DNA from: Planktothrix sp. GU0601_MAG3
GTDB taxonomy: Bacteria > Cyanobacteriota > Cyanobacteriia > Cyanobacteriales > Microcoleaceae
Reading direction: 5' to 3'
Assembly (NCBI GenBank): GCA_035193785.1
Contig: CP136572.1
Coordinates: forward strand, 4,692,578 to 4,756,577
DNA length: 64,000 nucleotides
Within the stretch, counting starts at the first letter, position 1; each line of letters opens with the position of its first letter. Below, in pieces: positions 44,832 through 54,942 of the stretch. The notes under the pieces were generated by a model. That model was not told the DNA's origin. It ran no database searches and was given only the letters and a program-made list of their open reading frames with translations. A program made the translations under genes and the position numbers.

Positions 44832-46035
44832 TTATTGAGAATTGCTATAACAGTTTTCTACTAAACCCAAAGAATTTTCTAATTGTTCTAAAATAATATC
44901 GGTAACAACTTTAATTCGATAACGACAGGCCATGGTTTCACTACAGGCAAAAGTTCCATTTTCCCAATATTTATTACTGCCCGCACCGCCCCCACAAACT
45001 CCAAAATATTCGCAGGTTTCACGACATAATTTAATCCCTTCCTGCATATCAGCATAAATTTTCTGGAATTTTTCCGTATCACAAACGGACTCAAAACTAT
45101 CTGTTAAAACATTCCCTAAAATAAAATTGCCATAGGGTTCAATATTCACCGATAATAATTCTGGGTCAAAGGTAGAAAAATTCCCTTGATAATCAATATT
45201 AATTAAAACAAAAGGGTTATTCATATCCGTTTGCGTTAAACGGGAATTAGAATAAATTAAACCACAAATTGCTTCAAACTCTCTGAGGTTAAATTCTCCC
45301 TGCACTTCTGAGGTTAATTCCCAAAAACGCTGCATAAATGCACGATATTTTTCCGATGTCCCGATGGCTTCTAAAGTTGAGGATTTATTCACACCTTCAA
45401 TTTCCTCTAAATTAAATCCCACATCATAAATGCCATTATCCCTGAAAAAATGAAAGATTTCATCGGCATAATTAAGGGAATCTTGAGTAACAACGGAAAT
45501 CACATAAAAGGGAATATTGTTTTTTTGTAAGAAAGAAATTCCCCGCATAGTTTGGGCGTGACTTCCTGTTTCCCTTACGGGTTTGACGATGGGCGTCATG
45601 GATGAATTCCGGCCCATCCAAACTCACCCCAACACAAATATTATGTTCTTGAATAAAATCACACCATTTTTGATTAATATAAGTGCCATTGGTTTGAACT
45701 GAATGCCAAATTTTTGCTTGTTTTTGATTGTATTTTTGGTCGGTTTCTTGAATTAGTTTAAATGCTGATTCATAAAAAGAAATCGGAACCGCTAAGGGTT
45801 CTCCTGCGTGCCAACAAACGGTAAATTCATCACCGATAAAAGGAGAGGTAAAGATATTTTCAAAGATAGGTTCAATCAAATCTAAGGATAGAGTATTTTT
45901 TAAGTCTCGGTTAGGTAAATAACAATAATCACAATTAAGATTACAAAAAGATGTGGCTTGAATTACCACTAAATTAATCGGGCCGAATTTGCTAAGATCA
46001 ATTTTTTGATGTTTTAATAAAGTTGGATTTGTCAT
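44832..46035 (-). CDS. grrM: GrrM/OscB-family cyclophane-forming radical SAM/SPASM peptide maturase; apparent frameshift at GTTTC 45568
   Basis: LVVIQATSFCNLNCDYCY, WHAGEPL, STFDPELL, CRETCEYFGVCGGGAGSNKYWENG; adjacent Gly/Trp-rich precursors. Confidence 0.9.
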
Positions 46036-46063
46036 TGATTTTAATGAATTTAAAAGAAGTAAA

Positions 46064-46095
46064 AAATTAGCGTTGCTTGAAATCACAACGCCGTT
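46064..46095 (-). terminator. Intrinsic terminator-like hairpin downstream of precursor 1
   Basis: GCGTTG...CAACGC stem followed by a T run on the minus strand; near-identical hairpin at 46556-46587. Confidence 0.6.
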
Positions 46096-46112
46096 TGAGG
46101 GAGAGAAAACAT

Positions 46113-46478
46113 CTAGCGGAAATTCACAAAGCGACCCCCATCACCCCAACCATTGCGCCAGTTATTCCCATTGCGCCAGCCACCCCCATCAAGCCAACTC
46201 CTCCCATCTCCCCAGCGACCGCCGCCTCCACGATTAACCCATCCCCGTCCCCCACCATTTCCCCAGGCTCCCCTGGCGATTTGTTCTCCAGGTTGTGGGG
46301 CTTCTGATGTTTGTGGTAATTGGTTTTCTCGCTGTTTTAAAGTTTCTGTAATTCTTGACAAACGGGACTCAATAGTTGTAGATTCTGTGGCTTTAACTGT
46401 AGCATTAGCCGCCGGAATATTTAAAGCACTTAGAGCCAAGAAAAAGCCCACTAATCCTATTTTTGTGCTAATTTCCAA
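46113..46478 (-). CDS. grrA: GrrA/OscA1-family RiPP precursor 1
   Basis: Leader ISTKIGLVGFFLALSAL..IESRLSRI; core with WGN, WVN, WGD, WLD, WRN, WRN, WGD, FVN; GGAG RBS before TTG. Confidence 0.9.
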   Translation of the reverse strand: MEISTKIGLVGFFLALSALNIPAANATVKATESTTIESRLSRITETLKQRENQLPQTSEAPQPGEQIARGAWGNGGGRGWVNRGGGGRWGDGRSWLDGGGWRNGNNWRNGWGDGGRFVNFR

Positions 46479-46618
46479 AATGGTTACTCCTTTTATTAAT
46501 AAATTTCATGGCACTATAGCATAAATTTTGATCTTAATTGATTTAAAAGGGGTAAAAAAATTAGCGTTGGTCACCATTGCAACGCCTTTTTCGAGATGAG
46601 GATAACATCTAAACAGAA

Positions 46619-46943
46619 CTAACGGGAATTGATAAAGCGACCCCCATCGGCCCAATTATTGCGCCAGGTTTCCACCGCCCCCGCCTCCACGATTAACGAA
46701 CCCACCACCACCATTCCCCCAGGCTCCAGCGATTTGTTCTCCTGGTTTGAGGACTTCCGGTTTTTCTGGTAATTGGTTTTCTCGCGCTCTTAAAGTCTCT
46801 GTAATTCTTAACAAACGGGACTCAATAGTTATTGAGGCGAGGGCTAAATCCGTGGTTTTAACTGTAGCGTTTGCCACCGGAATATTTAAAGCACTTAGAG
46901 CCAAGAAAAAGCCGACTAATCCGGTTTTTGTGCTAATTTTCAA
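46619..46943 (-). CDS. grrA: GrrA/OscA1-family RiPP precursor 2; apparent frameshift at GTTTC 46668
   Basis: Paralogous leader; repaired core AGAWGNGGGGFVNRGGGGGGTWRNNWADGGRFINSR*. Confidence 0.87.
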
Positions 46944-47051
46944 AGTGGTTACTCCTATTTTTGATAATTTCTCTGGCACTATAACATAAATTTTGATATA
47001 ATGGCGTGTGTTTTCTTAGGAAAACTTTATTAAAGCTGTGTGAGGAAAAAA

Positions 47052-47949
47052 ATGATTTTAGCTAAAAAAATTGCGATCGCTGCTTTGGGTGCTGTTTTTT
47101 CTTTGGGTCTATCGAGTCCGGCTTGGGCGGAAACGGTGATGGAAAAAGTAGCCAGAACCGGGGTATTAACCGCCGGAGTTCAAACGGATTTTATTCCCCT
47201 TTCCTATGTGAATGATCGGGATGAATTAGTTGGTTATTCCATTGATATCCTGAATCAAATTAAAGCCCAACTCGCCAAGGAATTAGGACGGGAGATTACC
47301 TTAGAAACTGGTTCCTCTTAGCATCGGTGAGCGGATTCCTAAAGTATTATCCCGGGATGTTGATATTGTTTGTGAGGATGTAACTTTTACTTGGAATCGC
47401 GATCGCTATGTCGATTTTTCTGTGAGTTATGGAGTGACAGGAACCCGGTTATTAGTTAAAAAAGGAAGTAATTTAGGCACACCAGAATCCTTAGCTGATC
47501 GGAAAATTGGCGTATTAGAAAATAGCAGTAGTGAATCAACAATCCGAGTCGTACAACCCCAAGCCAAAATAGTCAAATTTAAGACCATTGGCGAGGGAAT
47601 TGCCGCCTTAAAACAGGGTCAAATTGATGCTTTTGGTTCCGATGGTGTTCTCCTAGAAGGAACTCGACAAACCCTTCCTGACCGGGATGCTTTAGAAGTG
47701 GTTCCAAATCTTCCCTATACCCGGGAGGGAATTGCTTGTATCGTCCCCGAAAATAATTCTGCTTTTTTAGATCGGGTGAATTATGCGATCGTAAAATTGA
47801 TGCAGGGTTATGTTTTAGGAGATAAAGAATCCGTGGCTATTATTGATCAATGGTTTGGGAAAGATGGTGTGATCACAATAGATCAGGATTTAATCAAAAA
47901 TTATTTTCAAGGTGTGATTGACTCTAGGGAGCAAATCAAACTTAACTAA
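47052..47949 (+). CDS. grrP: Extracellular substrate-binding protein, GrrP-like (amino-acid ABC SBP fold); apparent frameshift at GAAAC 47304
   Basis: Signal peptide, VMEKVARTGVLTAG, FTWNRDRYVDFS, DAFGSDGVLLEG; divergent from grrA/grrM. Confidence 0.8.
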
Positions 47950-48149
47950 CAATATAGCAATTCCTATAGGAATTGTAAAAAAACACTTTAAGGGCGGGTT
48001 CACCAGTCACTTTTGCTTGCTAAAAATAATTTTTATAAATCCACTTTTTAATTAATAAAAATTGACAGGATTAATTAGGATGGATTTAGATAGATTAGTG
48101 TCGAGAAGCAGAAGATCAGGAAGAACTCGCCTCTAGGGGGTTAGACTGA

Positions 48150-48252
48150 TAGGACTTACGCAGAAACCGGGTTTCTGAATGAGAAATCACCGATTTCATC
48201 CGCAAAATCTGGGCTAGAAACCCGGTTTCTTTGGTCTTGTGCGTAAGTCCTG
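48150..48252 (-). mobile_element. 103-bp MITE, copy 2 (inverted; 5-bp target duplication ACTGA)
   Basis: Near-identical reverse complement of 44673-44775; ACTGA at 48145-49 and 48253-57. Confidence 0.88.
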
Positions 48253-48282
48253 ACTGATAAAATAAAAATCAATCCATTATCT

Positions 48283-48567
48283 ATGATTACTTCTTTTTCC
48301 TGCAAGGAAACGGAAAAAATATGGAATGGAAAATTATCACGAAAGTTTCCACCAGACATCCAATAAAGAGCTTTGCGTAAATTACGACAAATCAATGCGT
48401 CAGCCCGATTAGATGACCTACGAATTCCACCAGGAAATCGCTTAGAAGCTCTATCAGGTGATAGAATAGGGAAATATAGCATCAGAATCAATCAACAGTG
48501 GCGAATTTGTTTTATTTGGTATAATGGAGAGGTTTCAGGAGTCGAGATTGTTGATTATCACGATTAA
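48283..48567 (+). pseudogene. higB: HigB toxin with in-frame TAA at 48364
   Basis: [57 protein letters not shown]. Confidence 0.85.
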
Positions 48568-48572
48568 AAATT

Positions 48573-48875
48573 ATGAATGAAATTTCACTCTATAATCCCC
48601 ATGCTGGAGATATCTTAAAACATGAATTTTTAGAAGAATTAGGAATTAATCAAAATAGTTTGGCATTGGCAATTGATGTTAGTTCTAATAAAATTCATGC
48701 TATTATTAAGGGAGAATGTCCAGTGACGGCTGAGATAGATTTATGCTTATGTCGTTATTTTGGACTTTCAGAAGGATATTTTTTAAGATTACAAAATACC
48801 TATGAAATTATGGAGGCTAAACGAAAATTAGGAGAAAAATTAAATCAGATTCACCCTTATTCCTATAGCCAGTAA
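48573..48875 (+). CDS. higA: HigA antitoxin
   Basis: PHAGDILKHEFLEELGI..LA..I..IIKG..VTAE..L.L.RYFG.SE..FL.LQ..YE. Confidence 0.9.
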   Translation: MNEISLYNPHAGDILKHEFLEELGINQNSLALAIDVSSNKIHAIIKGECPVTAEIDLCLCRYFGLSEGYFLRLQNTYEIMEAKRKLGEKLNQIHPYSYSQ

Positions 48876-48978
48876 ATTCTTGATTGTATATAAAAAAAGG
48901 GGGTTAGGGGGTATCTATCGGGTAACAAATGGCGGTATTATGGAATTTGTAACCACTGAATTATGAGTTGATCAGAAT

Positions 48979-49185
48979 ATGACTGAACCCAAAAGTGAAA
49001 AGCTAACTCGGGCTTTGAATCAATTAATTGAAGAACATGGGATTAAAAATGTTGTCCATTATTTAGCCCATCATTGTTTTAAAGAAGCGGAATTTTTGCG
49101 ACAAGATCGGAGTACAGATCTGGCTGAAAATTGGCAGGATATTGCGGAGAAACTACAAAAAGTTATGGAAAATCAAGAATCCTAA
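48979..49185 (+). CDS. Hypothetical protein, 68 aa
   Basis: Clean ORF, amphipathic helical composition. Confidence 0.6.
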   Translation: MTEPKSEKLTRALNQLIEEHGIKNVVHYLAHHCFKEAEFLRQDRSTDLAENWQDIAEKLQKVMENQES

Positions 49186-49380
49186 TTGTGATGTAGTGAT
49201 CTTAAAATAGGTTGTGATATCTTATTGTAAGGTTTTGGGGTTCAAACCCCATTCTTATTTTCAGTTTGGAGACCAAACCCCTACAGTTTTTTCATTTAAT
49301 TAAACCTAGATAGTACAGTCTTTTCCTCCCTATTCCCTATTCCCTATTCCCTGTTCCCTGTTCCCTATTCCCTTAATAAT

Positions 49381-51688
49381 ATGACCAGTTTCACAACCGT
49401 TGTTTTCAGATATTAGCCAACATTGGGCGCGTCCGTTTATTCAACGTTTGCAAGCTCAAGGTTTAATTAGTGGATTTAAGGATAATACATTCCGCCCCGA
49501 TCAAAATTTAACCCGGGGGGAATTTGCTACTATTTTAAAGATGGCATTTCCCACTCCTGCTAAACGTGAATATATTCCTTTTAAGGATGTTCCCAAGGAT
49601 TTTTGGGCGGCGGAAGCAATTAAAATCGCCTATCAATCTGGCTTTATTTCAGGGTTTCCTGATGGACAGTTTCTTCCCCAAAGTCCAGTAACACGCTTAC
49701 AGGTTTTATTAGCTTTAGTTTCAGGCTTAAATTTACCTCCAGGAGAGAGTTTAAACTTAAAGGTTATTTATGAAGATGGGGATAAAATTCCCAGCTATGG
49801 GACGGAAGCTATGATTGCCGCAACTCGTTCTGAATTGGTAGTTAATTACCCCTATCCCCAAGTTTTTAATCCTAATTCTAATGCAACTAGGGGAGAAGTT
49901 GTTAGTATTATTTATCAAGCTTTAGTGTTGCTAAAAAAAGCGAATCAGATTATTTCTCCCTATATTATATCCTTAGCCCACCCCGGAATTATTAAAACGG
50001 GAACCCATCTTTCTGTGAATGGGAGAAAATGGAAATTACCCTGGAGTCAATGGAATTCAGGAATCTCTACGAATACGGGAATTAGTGATAAGGGAATTAT
50101 CCAAGTTTTAGGAATTAATCCCTTAAATACAACGGAAGCCAGTCTCCAACCTTTAAGTTGGTTTTCTTTACATTCAACTCCAGGGACTTTTTTAGATGCC
50201 AAATTTCGTTATGTGAAAATTGATCAATTAGCGGAATTATCAGCCTGGGATTTAGAAATTCAAGAAAATACGCTGAATATTATCTCTAAAATTGGCAATA
50301 TTCAAACCCTAAACTTTGAGGAACGTGGGAATATTTCCCAAATGACGATAACATTAAATCAACCGACCCCCTGGGAACTCTATCAACAAAATACTCAATG
50401 GGAAGTGGTGGTTGATGGGATCACAAATCCGACCATTGCTAAACCCTTTCAAGACCCGACTCAACCCCCAACTAATTCTGGAACTTCTGCACAACAAAAT
50501 GAAGGAGAAACCGGAGTCACAACTCAAAAACCCTCCCGTCCTTTGGTGAAGATTGTGAATAATCAAACGGTGATTCAAGGAACTTTACCTGGTGGTTATG
50601 GGGTAAAAGTTTCTACCTTAAATAATCCGAATCGTATTTTAATTGAGTTACGCCAGGATGCTTTAATTGAAAGGGATATTACTTGGGCAAAAGGATTACG
50701 TTGGCGACAAAATTATCTAACTTTAAATAATAGCCGTTTTCCGGTGGTTTGGTTTATGATAAATCCCGATCTTGGCTTGAATTTACGCCCGATTTGGGCG
50801 AGTCAAACGGGGATGAAAGGCATTGACAGTTTAGCCAAAACCGTTGATAATAGTCAATGTATTGGGGCAATTAATGCCGGATATTTTAACCGGAATAATC
50901 TTTTTCCTTTAGGGGCAATTCGCCGAGAAAATAAATGGTTTTCAGGGCCAATTTTAAACCGAGGAGCGATCGCTTGGAATGATTTGGGACAGGTAAAGTT
51001 TGCCCGTTTAAGTTTAAAAGAAACCCTGATTCCCTCATTGGGACAACCCTTAGACTGTGAATTACTTAATACCGGATATGTGAAAGCGGGTATTGCTCGT
51101 TATACTTCGGAATGGGGCGAAAGTTATACCCCCTTAACCGCGAATGAAATTGTAATTGTGGTGGAAAATAATATCGTCAAACAACAACTCGAACAAACAA
51201 ATACGACCACCGCTATTCCTATTCCTAAAACCGGTTATTTATTAACTTTGCGCTCCTTTCGGAGTGCTTTAAATTCCTTTGTTGTTGGTACATCTATTAG
51301 AATTGAATCCCAAACCACGCCCTCGGATTTTAATTCCTTTCCCCATATTTTAGGCGGCGGGCCATTATTATTACAAAACGGCCAGGTGGTGGTAGATGCG
51401 ATCGCCGAAGGGTTTAGTCCCGCCTTTGCCGATCAGTCGGCCATTCGTAGCGGCGTGGGAATCACCGCCAAGGGGGAATGGATCGTCGCCACCGTCCATA
51501 ACCGCGTCGGAGGGGTGGGGGCCAAATTAACCGAAATGGCGCTCTTAATGCAGCAATTAGGAGCCACTGAGGCGTTAAATTTAGACGGGGGAAGTTCCAC
51601 AAATTTAGTTTTAGGAGGTCAACTTTTAAACCGTATCCCCGATACCGCCGCCCCAGTTCATAATGGTTTGGGGGTATTTCGTCTTTGA
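49381..51688 (+). CDS. S-layer homology (SLH) + phosphodiester glycosidase (NAGPA-like) protein; apparent frameshift at GTTTC 49388
   Basis: FSDISQHWA..GLISGF.DNTFRP SLH repeats; INAGYF, GGGPLL, ALNLDGGSST. Confidence 0.9.
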
Positions 51689-51725
51689 TACTGATAAAGA
51701 TGGTATTGGCTGTGAAGGACGTTAA
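51684..51725 (+). pseudogene. Possible 3' remnant of an Excalibur Ca-binding-domain gene
   Basis: TTT GAT ACT GAT AAA GAT GGT ATT GGC TGT GAA GGA CGT TAA = FDTDKDGIGCEGR*, matching DxDxDGxxCE; only 13 codons. Confidence 0.5.
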
Positions 51726-51761
51726 TCCCATTGTATCCATACATCAGTTAATATTCAGTTA

Positions 51762-54453
51762 TCATAAGGGATTAAATCTACTGCTAGTTGACCAGTGATC
51801 ATTCATAAAATCATCAATATCGGATTGTTTCCATATCAACTGAAAAGCAATAAAGACTTGTACATTTATCATTAGGAGACATTCTCCGAGGGTATTTGTC
51901 ATTCTCATAGGTTTTGGCATATATCTTAACTCTCCCTGTCCAACCATTAGGAACTTGACTAATATCTTTCTCGTTAACAAGTCCCATATTAATAAATCCA
52001 GGTTGTCCATCAAACCCTTCGACTCCGCTCAGGACAGGCTTCCCTTCTAAACTAACTTTATCCTTGCCATTAATATTAAGAAAACTACTCCTAACGGTTA
52101 TTTCTTCTCCATTCCAAGCATTCAACTGGGGACGAGCAAATGCGGTGAATTGAACGGCATAAATTGTTATTAACCAAACTTTTTTATTTTCTAAATTCTT
52201 TAGTTCTTCAATAATCTGATCACAAAATAATAGAAAAACCATCCCCGCAGTTCCCGATTTAGCTAAATGATTGACTCTCCAATATGATGCTGCCCAAGTT
52301 TTGGGAGGATAAGGTTTACGGAAAGGATTGAGGGTTTCCCTCATAATAACTTCAGTCGAAGCTCTAAATTTAGCCGTGACTTCTTTGACTAATCTATCAT
52401 CATCATTAGCGGCTTTATAAGCCAATGCTGCACCCATTTCGGCTCTATAAGCGTCACGTTCTCGTAGTGCGATCGCATCCTGAACAGCATCAGATACAAC
52501 AAGAGAAAATAAAGTAAATCTATAATCTATTGGGACTGTATCTCCCCCAAGATTAGGATATCGCCAATAACTATTAACTAAAGTTATTATTCGAGTAACA
52601 GTATCAGTTAAATTGTTATTAACCAAACAAGGACGAGTAAAATAACAATCATCAGATTTTAAGTCTTTGATCCATTGAATATCAGCACCAGATTTATCTA
52701 GGAAATCCCTCACCATGTCCAGACCAGGCTGATTATTAGGATAAGCTGATTTTAGTCTATCGACAGCAATTTGCATCTCCTGGGCAAGAAAGTCAAGTAT
52801 TCTCATTTCACCTTCACTGGGAATATTGAGAACAATTAACTCAGCATCAATAGCTCTAGCTCGTGCCATCAAACTAGCAACCAGACCAGCTAGATTATTC
52901 ATTGAATTAACGGAAATTTGTTGAAGATTTCCTTTGAGTGCAAGTTTAGGAAATTTCTTAACTTTTGGAGGGCTATCCATATCATATAAAGCAGCAGTAA
53001 TAGATGGATATTTTTGACTATTTATTAATTGAATATAATCGCCGTTGGCATCCCTCCCCAGACTCAATAAAAGTTCACGAGTTGCGGCGACGATTCCTTT
53101 AGTATTTTTGAAGTTACCTTCATAAACATTATTCCAAAGTTGAACATTTCCCCAATGTCGCATCGAATTACCAAATACAATATAAGAGCCTTCTTTAAAA
53201 CTTGGTGAACAGAAGGTTTTGGGTTGATAAACAAAATCATTGCCATCAGCTTGTTGATATTTTTCCAGGTAGGTATCAGAAGTACACATAACAGAATAGA
53301 ACCTTACACCTGCTGATTTAGCAAGGTTTTTCCACATATCTCTGAGCCTAAATTTAACCTGTTTAAGAACATAAGGATGCAACAATAAAACCCCAGATTT
53401 ATCAGCTTTAATTATTTTGATAACCGAATCAATATAAGCTACTTCTGTATCGGGATTATCGTCAAGATTCGCTAATTCTTGTTCAGCTTCTTCTAAATCA
53501 ATTCGGAGGAGATCAGCTAATTTATGAATATCATCTAGGGCTGAACTAAGTTGATGACATTTCTCATGGAGTCTAGTAATTATTCCATCTTGTTCAAGAG
53601 TTTCAAAACTAAACCATTGCCAAAACATCCAACCTGGTTTAGTACGGCGCTCCTGGGCCTCATGAACTACACCAATTAGAACTTTACCTGTATGATTACC
53701 GAGTGCGGGTTTATTACCTTTAAAACAAGAGAGGGGAATAACTAAATCATAATCAGCAAAACGTTTATCCAATTCAAATTTAGGATGGTAGGAAGCGGTT
53801 CCTTTTGCCACCCATTCTTTAAATATTGCAGCACAGAATTGAACTGTTATTGGATGATCAGGATTATTTGGATCAATATCAATTGGATTCCCAGGGTCAG
53901 TCTCAATAGCTTCTAACAGGTATAGAAGACTTTTAGACATTTTGGCATGAGAATCTCCAGAGTTCCAATGAACATCATTTACTCCATCATCTTGGGCATT
54001 CCCATCCCGATCTTGACGTTCATCATCAACAACAATGTATTTCATCTCCCGATAAAACATTCGATTGCATTCGGTATGTAAGATACTTCCATAAATAATT
54101 CTTTTCCAATCTTCTTCAAAATAATGTTGCCCAATTGTTCTTTTGGGAGTAAATAAAAATCTTCCATGTGTTCTTGAATTAGATGCTAAATCCAGAAAAT
54201 AAGTGCCTTCGTTGCTTCCTGGGATTTCAAAAGGGTCTAATAAACTTGGGTTAGTTGATGTTTTGGGAATTTCACCAATAATAAATTCTTTATGCGAGTA
54301 TAGAGCCCCTAACATTGTATTACGGAGAACTACTGGTGGTGCAGATGAATACCTCTGAGTTATGCAATCCCAAACAGAGAAAGTTGAAACTGTTTCTATC
54401 TGACCTTCACTGCCATCTTCTTTGAATTTTGTGTTCTTAAATATTGTTGGCAT
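51762..54453 (-). CDS. Single-subunit two-barrel polymerase homolog (eukaryotic RdRP/YonO-like) with non-canonical catalytic loop; apparent frameshift at GTTTC 51827
   Basis: Motifs in RdRP order: SGDSHAKMS, VQFCAA..KGT, VFGNSMRHWGNV, LGRDANGDYI, NNLAGLVASL, QIAVDRLKS; AGGAG RBS upstream. Confidence 0.7.
52015..52038 (-). repeat. 24-bp small dispersed repeat inserted in frame (PVLSGVEG) in the polymerase-like gene
   Basis: CCCTTCGACTCCGCTCAGGACAGG on + strand, similar to the 28333 unit CCATTCGACTTCGCTCATGACAGG. Confidence 0.75.
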
Positions 54454-54480
54454 AATTTACTCCTACAATTATTTAATTGA

Positions 54481-54699
54481 TTAATAAGGAGTATAAGCCA
54501 TCAAAACAGCCCAAGCTCCACCAAATAAAGTTCCGGTTGCCAAACCAACTGTCGGCAGAAGTTGAGGTAAAGTTTTTAGAACTCCTGCTGCTAAATATGG
54601 ACTAGGACTAGCCCAGGCTGAACCAATAGCTTTACAGACCACTGATGTTACTGTATAGGTTAGCTCGGTGTTGTCGAAAATGGTAGCATCACTTAGGCG
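54481..54699 (-). other. Start-less ~72-codon hydrophobic reading frame just upstream of the polymerase-like gene (probable truncated gene)
   Basis: ..DATIFDNTELTYTVTSVVCKAIGSAWASPSPYLAAGVLKTLPQLLPTVGLATGTLFGGAWAVLMAYTPY*; stop 27 nt before the polymerase ATG. Confidence 0.45.
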
Positions 54700-54942
54700 T
54701 CAATAGACAACCTAATATGAAGCAAACCTTCAAAGCACGGGGTTTTAAACCCATTTCGCCTATAAAAAACCCCAAGGTAGAGATGATTATGTTAAGCTGT
54801 AGCACTAATATAGATTGCCAGTTTCTATCTCTCCTAGATCCGATGTTGATTTAAAAACTCGGATCAAAATTAAGAATTGAGAAATTTTTTCTTTTTTTAT
54901 TCTTAATTATCAATGCCAAATTCTTAATCGTGGACTCCTGTT

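Noticed and set aside
44673..48252. Composite transposon that delivered the grr cluster
   Set aside because: Each MITE has its own distinct 5-bp target duplication, indicating independent insertions
48156..48491. 111-aa minus-strand ORF
   Set aside because: Antisense to higB and runs into the MITE
51762..52013. Separate 83-aa gene downstream of the polymerase
   Set aside because: Its last ~21 codons are the true polymerase C-terminus after repairing the 51827 indel
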